A stretch of 64,000 nt of DNA from Candidatus Latescibacterota bacterium (GTDB lineage: Bacteria > Latescibacterota > UBA2968), in assembly GCA_965208125.1 (NCBI GenBank), contig OZ242320.1, forward strand, positions 4,864,001-4,928,000, given 5' to 3'. The first letter of the stretch is position 1. Each line of letters opens with the position of its first letter. The notes below the pieces were generated by a model that saw only the letters and a list, made by a program, of their open reading frames with translations, was not told where the DNA came from and did no database searches. Below, piece by piece: positions 58,346 to 64,000 of this stretch. The translations under genes were made by a program, and so were the position numbers.

Positions 58346-58915
58346 ATGGCTACGGATATGCTGGAGATGGAAGTGGAAGAGATTGTAGAAAACACAGAAG
58401 AATGGAAGCCGGTACCGATTGAGATGGTGCATCCCGAATCGGTTGATCCGCGTAAGATCCGCTTGTTTAAGGAGCCACAGTGGATTTTGCGGATGACGAT
58501 TGAAGGGGATCGGTCCTATACCCGCGTGAAAGTGGTGCGAGCCGCGCCTTTGACGGAACCAGATCGCTATTTTTGCATTCTGGATATCAAGGACGAAGCG
58601 ATCTGCATGATCAAGGATCTGGCTGATTTGCCAAAAGAGAGCCAGTCTCTCGTGTATGAAGAACTGGATAATCGGTATTTGACGGCGGAGATACAAAAGA
58701 TTGTGGCATTGCAAAATGAATACGGAGTGACTTACTGGACTGTCGATACCGACCGGGGCAGGCGCGATTTTGTCGCCAAGTCCGTCGCCGAAAACGCGCA
58801 GTGGCTGGGAGAGACGCGGTTGATGATTTTTGATGTGGATAATAACCGCTTTGAGGTGCCTGATATACGGGCGCTGGACCGCCGCAGTCAGGGGTTGTTG
58901 GAATCGGTTGTGTGA
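58346..58915 (+). CDS. DUF1854 family protein
   Basis: VVRAAPLTEPDRY, EELDNRY...I.KI, W.VDTDRG.RDF, I.DVDNNRF.VPD...LD.RS...L; start uncertain. Confidence 0.8.
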   Translation: MATDMLEMEVEEIVENTEEWKPVPIEMVHPESVDPRKIRLFKEPQWILRMTIEGDRSYTRVKVVRAAPLTEPDRYFCILDIKDEAICMIKDLADLPKESQSLVYEELDNRYLTAEIQKIVALQNEYGVTYWTVDTDRGRRDFVAKSVAENAQWLGETRLMIFDVDNNRFEVPDIRALDRRSQGLLESVV

Positions 58916-59046
58916 GGGGCAATTTTATCGGCATATTATGTAAAACAACCGGGTGTCATAGGTATTATGGCACTCGGTATTTTTTTAGAAGCTGTCTTAA
59001 AACCCTCGGGATTAAGAGAGTCTCTTTATTACGAAATGAATCATAG

Positions 59047-59103
59047 CCAATTGACGTGGAATGGGAGGCCGAAACCGGTAAAATGCGAGACGGTGACAAG
59101 TGA
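59047..59103 (+). pseudogene. C-terminal remnant of a Phd/YefM-type antitoxin
   Basis: PIDVEWEAETGKMRDGDK* ends in a GTGA overlap with the vapC start; in-frame TAG immediately upstream. Confidence 0.55.
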
Positions 59104-59498
59104 TTCTACTCGACACGCACGTTATGCTGTGGCTCAGATTGGGTGTGCCGCGATTGGGGACCAGTGCCCGATGCGAGATTGACCAGGCGTGGCAGTCCAA
59201 TGAAGTGGGAGTCTCTGCAATTTCGTTCTGGGAAGTGGCAATGCTCAAGGATAAAGGACGGATCAGGTTTCCTATGGATGTCGGACTATGGCGCCGGGAG
59301 CAACTGGCACAGGGCTTGATCGAGATTTCCGTTGATGGTGAAATTGCCACTCGTGTCGGTCTTCTTCCTGACATGCACGGCGACCCAGCAGATCGCCTCA
59401 TTGTCGCCACTGCGTTAGCTGGTCACAGGCTGGTGACCGCTGATCGGAGAATTCTCGATTGGTCCGAACAGTTGAACCGGCTGGATGCAGCCAAGTAG
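59100..59498 (+). CDS. vapC: PIN-domain VapC toxin
   Basis: ILLDTHV.LW, SAISFWEV, HGDPADRLIVATA, LVTAD. Confidence 0.92.
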   Translation: MILLDTHVMLWLRLGVPRLGTSARCEIDQAWQSNEVGVSAISFWEVAMLKDKGRIRFPMDVGLWRREQLAQGLIEISVDGEIATRVGLLPDMHGDPADRLIVATALAGHRLVTADRRILDWSEQLNRLDAAK

Positions 59499-59811
59499 AA
59501 AGTCCTTATTTTTTTCACCTCAAGTATGTAGCGGAATAACCACCTAAAGCAGTTGACCCCGACAATCGAATTGTAAAAGGTGCGCCCCTGCATTTTTGAT
59601 GCTGGGGTGTTCTTTTTTGGGGCGGGGTATCCTGTTCATTCTTGCATCACTGGATAGAACCACTCCAGTGCGGGCTCTGATCATCCTGATCCTTTTTTCT
59701 TGTATGGTAAGTCTTGAATCACTAACTTGTCGAAACTCATTGAGACATTGGCGCGTCTTATTGCAATCGAATATCAGCAAGTCATTTTAATCCGGTTATC
59801 TGGAGGTTTTT

Positions 59812-61566
59812 ATGCGAAAGAAAATAGGTCGAATTTTGGCGTGGATTGGTGGGATTACGATTGGGTTGGTCGTCCTGACCATCTTGGCCGTTGTATTGAT
59901 GTCTGGCGAAGATCCCGTACCCGATCAGGTGATTTTGGAGATCAACCTGGAGCAGGGGGTTGCGGAGTATGTACCCGAAGATCCGTTTGCAAAGTTAATC
60001 TCAGACGATGTGCGCTCGCTGCGCGATGTGGTAGGTGCTTTAGACGCGGCGGCTTCAGATGACCGCGTTGTGGGGTTGCTGGCCCGAGGGGGCGGAGCAC
60101 CGATGGGCTTTGCGCAGGCACAAGAAATAAGAGATGCGGTTCTGGCGTTTGGAAAAAGCGGAAAACCCACCGCGATTTTTGCCGAGACATTTGGCGAATT
60201 TGGATCGGGAAATGTCGGATATTATCTGGCGACAGCATTTGAGCGTATCTATCTCCAACCTTCGGGCGATGTGGGTTTGATCGGACTGGCAATGGAGCAC
60301 CCTTTTGTGAAGGGGACATTGGATTCGCTTGGGATTGGCGTGCAGATGGATCACCGGTATGAGTATAAAAATGCGATGAACCTATATACCGAAACTAAAT
60401 TTACAGACGCGCATCGCGAGGCGAGTGAGATACTTTTGAAGTCGATGGTCGATCAGATGGTTCTGGGTATTTCACGGGCGCGGGGTACAACGCCCGAAGC
60501 TGTGCGCGATCTCATCAATCGAGGACCATTTTTAGCATTATCTGCCCATGCCGAAGGCCTGGTAGATAGTCTGGCGTATTGGGATGAGGTGCGCGATCTG
60601 GTGAAGCGAGAGCATGGCGAAGATACCAAATGGCTGGATATCGTGAATTATCTCAAGCGCATTGATGAAAAGCCTTATAGTGAAGGGACAAAGGTGGCGT
60701 TGATCTACGGCGTGGGACCTGTGCATCGTGGCAAGAGCACCTATGATCCCTTGTATGCGTCAGGGACAATGGGCGCGAGTACCCTGACCAAAGCTTTTCG
60801 CGATGCGGTGAAGGATAAGGATGTGCGTGCAATTTTGTTTCGAATAGACTCTCCCGGTGGGTCTTATGTTGCTTCTGATGCGATCTGGCGCGAGGTTGCC
60901 AAAGCTAAGAAGGCAGACAAACCCGTGATTGTATCAATGGGTAATGTAGCCGGTTCTGGAGGATATTTTGTGGCGATGAATGCCGATAAAATTGTGGCGC
61001 AACCCGGTAGTATCACGGGATCCATTGGGGTGTTAGCGGGCAAATTTGTGACAACTGAGTTTTGGGAGCGTATGGGCATTACCTGGGATACAGCGCAAGT
61101 GGGTGAAAATGCGCTAATATGGGGCACGGGTGCAGAATTTACACCCGAACAATGGGCGAGATTTCAGACGTGGTTGGACCGCATTTATGAAGATTTTACT
61201 GCAAAGGTTGCCGAGGGGCGCGACATGTCACAGGCTGATGTTCACGCCGTCGCAAAGGGGCGAATCTGGACTGGTGAGGACGCCAGGGCGCATGGTCTGA
61301 TCGATGAATTGGGCGGCATGAAGACCGCGATGCGTCTAATTCGGGAGGCATTGGAGTTGGAAACTGATGCTTCTCTCAACCTCGTTGTATTTCCCAAAGA
61401 AAAGACGCTCATAGAACAGGTGATGGAAAAAGGACTGATCCGCACGCTGAGCAATGGCGATGCGCTGGCGCGACTCGCCACAGAGTTACAACCCGTTTTT
61501 CGCTTTGCGCGTACAATGGGGCAGCCACAACAGGTTTTGGAGATGACACCCGTGGATATTCGGTAG
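59812..61566 (+). CDS. sppA: Signal peptide peptidase SppA (67K long form)
   Basis: YYLA, EYKNA, RIDSPGGS, SMGNVAGSGGY, TGSIGV, GRIWTG..A...GLID. Confidence 0.93.
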   Translation: MRKKIGRILAWIGGITIGLVVLTILAVVLMSGEDPVPDQVILEINLEQGVAEYVPEDPFAKLISDDVRSLRDVVGALDAAASDDRVVGLLARGGGAPMGFAQAQEIRDAVLAFGKSGKPTAIFAETFGEFGSGNVGYYLATAFERIYLQPSGDVGLIGLAMEHPFVKGTLDSLGIGVQMDHRYEYKNAMNLYTETKFTDAHREASEILLKSMVDQMVLGISRARGTTPEAVRDLINRGPFLALSAHAEGLVDSLAYWDEVRDLVKREHGEDTKWLDIVNYLKRIDEKPYSEGTKVALIYGVGPVHRGKSTYDPLYASGTMGASTLTKAFRDAVKDKDVRAILFRIDSPGGSYVASDAIWREVAKAKKADKPVIVSMGNVAGSGGYFVAMNADKIVAQPGSITGSIGVLAGKFVTTEFWERMGITWDTAQVGENALIWGTGAEFTPEQWARFQTWLDRIYEDFTAKVAEGRDMSQADVHAVAKGRIWTGEDARAHGLIDELGGMKTAMRLIREALELETDASLNLVVFPKEKTLIEQVMEKGLIRTLSNGDALARLATELQPVFRFARTMGQPQQVLEMTPVDIR

Positions 61567-61580
61567 CCAAGGAGGGCATT

Positions 61581-62333
61581 ATGATAACCGCAGATTTTGA
61601 AGCGTATTTGACAGATGATTGGTATGGGCAGCAGATAACGGTTGATGCTTTGCTGGAATGTGAAGCCGAAGCGGGGTTTGAAATGGCGGTGGTAATGCCG
61701 CAGACCAAGCCCCTTCCGGATAATGATGGATTGCTCGACAAGACAGCGAGACACTCTCAGCTTTTGCCCTGTCCCCTCGTGGATCCGCATTGGGGCGAAG
61801 AAGGGATTTCTGCACTTAAGGCATATGTTGACCGCGGTGCTCAGGGCGTGAAGCTGATGGGTGCTATTCACAAATACAATGTGGATGATCCCATGGTGAT
61901 TCCGTTTGTCGAGGCGGCGAGAGATCTCGAGATTGTGGTATCGATTCATTCTGGACGCGACAACTGTAGTGCCGAACGCATTGGCAATGTGGCGCGACAA
62001 GTGCCCGGGGTGCCGATTATTATGGATCACATGGGCTTTCCCGATGGGTTTGACACAGCGCTTGAAGTATGTCGTGAATGCCCCGATGTGTATCTGGGCA
62101 CAACGATTCTGCGATTTCACAAGTTGTGGGCTATTAATCCCGAAGAAACCGTGCCACATGAAGTCAAACAAGCCGTTGATGAATTGGGAGCCGAACGGAT
62201 CGTTTTTGGGTCCAATTTGCCGGAATATCGCCCGGTTCAGGTCAAGCGAGCGATTCAGCGGTTGGAATTGGGCGACGAGGCGGAAGCTCTGATCTTTGGG
62301 GGTAATTTGGGTCGGATTTATGGAATTGAATGA
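61581..62333 (+). CDS. Amidohydrolase-2 family protein with atypical metal ligands
   Basis: GVKL, VSIHSG, IIMDHMG, LGAERIVFGSN.P, IFGGN..R.Y. Confidence 0.8.
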   Translation: MITADFEAYLTDDWYGQQITVDALLECEAEAGFEMAVVMPQTKPLPDNDGLLDKTARHSQLLPCPLVDPHWGEEGISALKAYVDRGAQGVKLMGAIHKYNVDDPMVIPFVEAARDLEIVVSIHSGRDNCSAERIGNVARQVPGVPIIMDHMGFPDGFDTALEVCRECPDVYLGTTILRFHKLWAINPEETVPHEVKQAVDELGAERIVFGSNLPEYRPVQVKRAIQRLELGDEAEALIFGGNLGRIYGIE

Positions 62334-62358
62334 AGTGTGAAATGTGAAATGTGAAATG
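62331..62358 (+). repeat. 7-nt tandem array, 4 units
   Basis: tgaagtg tgaaatg tgaaatg tgaaatg, beginning at the stop codon. Confidence 0.85.
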
Positions 62359-62359
62359 A

Positions 62360-62393
62360 GGGCGGCCTGTGGGCACGCCCTTTTTTATTTTTT
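62360..62393 (+). terminator. Rho-independent terminator
   Basis: GGGCG...CGCCC followed by TTTTTTATTTTTT. Confidence 0.65.
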
Positions 62394-62520
62394 ATCTTTA
62401 TCTGTGTTTATCGCTGTCTTCTTTTTATAATTTTCCTTGATTTTTTTTCATAAACTTGTTTAAATTTTTGGTTTTGAAAATTAGTCGTCCTTCCCCATTT
62501 TTCAGGAGGTTAGTTCCAGA

Positions 62521-63465
62521 ATGATTCGAGTTGAGAATTTGGAGAAGTATTACGGCGACATTCATGCACTTAAGGGCATTGATTTTGAGATTGACGACGG
62601 GGAAATCGTCGGATTCTTAGGTGCAAATGGCGCGGGTAAATCTACGACATTGAAAATTATGACGGGCTTTTTAGCACCCAGTGCCGGTAATGTCTTTATA
62701 GACGACATGAATATCCGGGACCATTCGCTGGATATTCGCGAGCAAATCGGCTATTTGCCCGAAATGAATCCCCTGTACGGGGAAATGAGAGTGTATGACT
62801 ATCTCGAGTTTATAGCTCAAATTCGCGGTATAGACGCGGGAGAGTTCAAAACGGCTTTGGATCGCGTGGTCGAACAATGTGGTCTGTACGATGTGATTCA
62901 TCTGCCCATTTCTGCGTGTTCAAAGGGGTATAAACAGCGCGTCGGGCTGTCTGCCGCGATTCTGCACGATCCCAGGGTATTGATTTTCGATGAGCCGGTC
63001 TCCGGGTTGGATCCCAACCAGATTGTGGAGATTCGGCACCTGATTCGAGAATTGGGCCAGCAGAAGATGGTGATTATATCCAGCCATATTTTGCAAGAGA
63101 TTGAAGCCACTGTGGATCGCATTGTGATTATTGATCACGGCGAAATTGTAGCCAATGGGACGAGTCAGGAGTTGATGGCGGGATTTATGGGACGCACACA
63201 ACTGACGCTCGATGTAAAATACACCAATGAAGAGAGCCTCGCCGCGCTGACCAACAGCGTTGATGATATCGAAGTTGCAAATATAGAGATGGTAGATGGG
63301 CGCAGTGTTCTGTCGATAGAATACGCCCGTGAGGTGGATCCCCGCGAGGCGATTTTTGATTATGCAAAAAACAGTGGCTGGGCCATTTTGGAGATGACGC
63401 AAAATCAGGTTCACCTCGAAGATGTGTTCCGCGGATTGACTGGGGAAGGAGGGAGTGATGAATAA
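62521..63465 (+). CDS. ABC transporter ATP-binding protein (GldA-like)
   Basis: GANGAGKST, SKGYKQRVG, DEPVSGLDPNQ, SSHIL, LEDVF. Confidence 0.9.
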   Translation: MIRVENLEKYYGDIHALKGIDFEIDDGEIVGFLGANGAGKSTTLKIMTGFLAPSAGNVFIDDMNIRDHSLDIREQIGYLPEMNPLYGEMRVYDYLEFIAQIRGIDAGEFKTALDRVVEQCGLYDVIHLPISACSKGYKQRVGLSAAILHDPRVLIFDEPVSGLDPNQIVEIRHLIRELGQQKMVIISSHILQEIEATVDRIVIIDHGEIVANGTSQELMAGFMGRTQLTLDVKYTNEESLAALTNSVDDIEVANIEMVDGRSVLSIEYAREVDPREAIFDYAKNSGWAILEMTQNQVHLEDVFRGLTGEGGSDE

Positions 63466-64000
63466 TGTAATGGCGATTTATCGCAAAGAAGTCGGCGCGT
63501 ATTTCAAAAGTCCCATGGCGTATATTTTTCTGGTGTTTTTCGCCCTGTTTAACGGCTATTTCTTTAGCAACACATTCTTCCTGTTCAGTCAGTCAGATAT
63601 GCGGGCACTATTTAATATTACGCCGATGATTTATCTGATTTTTGTACCCGCGGTCACGATGGGGGTGCTTGCACGCGAGAAAAGCGCGGGCACACATGAG
63701 TTGATGGCGACACTTCCGATTAAAAATTTTGAACTGGTGATCGGGAAGTATTTGTCGGCATTTACCCTGGTGTTGGCCGGGCTGGGTTTTACGCTGATAC
63801 ATTTTTTTACACTTCTGGCCGTTGGTACAAATATCGACTATGGCGGCGTAATCTGTGGGTATTTGGGACTGGCTCTGGTGGGAGCATTTTACGCAGCTAT
63901 TGGCACGTTCACGAGCAGTTTGACGGATAATCAGGTGGTTGCATTTATTCTCGCAGCAGTATTTGTATTGGTTTTTTATCTGCTCGATAAATTGCTGATT
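63458..64000 (+). CDS. ABC-2 permease (GldF-like; runs off the right edge, not in ORF track)
   Basis: MNNVMAIYRKEVGAYFKSPMAYIF...PAVTM...AREKSAGTHELMATLP...VIGKY...TDNQVVA; overlaps the ATPase stop. Confidence 0.88.
   Translation, partial: MNNVMAIYRKEVGAYFKSPMAYIFLVFFALFNGYFFSNTFFLFSQSDMRALFNITPMIYLIFVPAVTMGVLAREKSAGTHELMATLPIKNFELVIGKYLSAFTLVLAGLGFTLIHFFTLLAVGTNIDYGGVICGYLGLALVGAFYAAIGTFTSSLTDNQVVAFILAAVFVLVFYLLDKLLI

Noticed and set aside
58967-59182. 71-aa ORF as the VapC antitoxin
   Set aside because: Overlaps vapC by 83 nt and has no antitoxin features; the antitoxin-like tail is in another frame
59544-59790. Short ORFs or IS remnant between vapC and sppA
   Set aside because: No recognisable motifs, RBS or terminal inverted repeats
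62521-64000. Gliding motility system
   Set aside because: GldA/GldF-like ABC components are widespread in non-gliding bacteria, and no gldK-N or spr genes are visible

Overview
Bacterial chromosomal window, densely coding, with about 50 CDS and one tRNA-Gly(CCC). No CRISPR array, rRNA, integrase or intact mobile element is visible. The left half is accessory catabolism: ExbB/ExbD-like pair, bicupin, SelA/DgaE-like PLP enzyme, three Gfo/Idh/MocA oxidoreductases, two sulfatase-fold enzymes, a DUF6785-type membrane protein, a PhyH-family Fe/2OG enzyme, two xanthine-oxidase-family molybdoenzyme operons, a heparinase-like protein, and phnX divergent from a phosphonoacetaldehyde reductase. The right half is mostly housekeeping (udgB, hpt, mutL-miaA-tRNA-Gly, metH, pyk, tamA/tamB, sppA, gldA/F-like ABC), plus an AsnB-like / DUF362 / PPTase / paired ABC exporter / DUF1854 block and an orphan VapC. 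The gene mix resembles Latescibacterota/Poribacteria-like heterotrophs (inference only). Strongest leads: (1) a candidate 2-hydroxyethylphosphonate catabolic module (PhpC-like ADH + PhnX, next to a sulfatase-fold hydrolase with Thr at the nucleophile position); (2) a Tat-exported PaoABC-like enzyme linked to a cytochrome b whose N-terminal part is split off at an A8 slippery site; (3) an Fe/2OG enzyme with a halogenase-like HxG motif; (4) a structured ~125-nt RNA leader upstream of a MutL that has lost its endonuclease motifs; (5) dispersed heptamer tandem arrays at gene ends. All family assignments come from motif recognition by eye; no database searches or folding programs were run.
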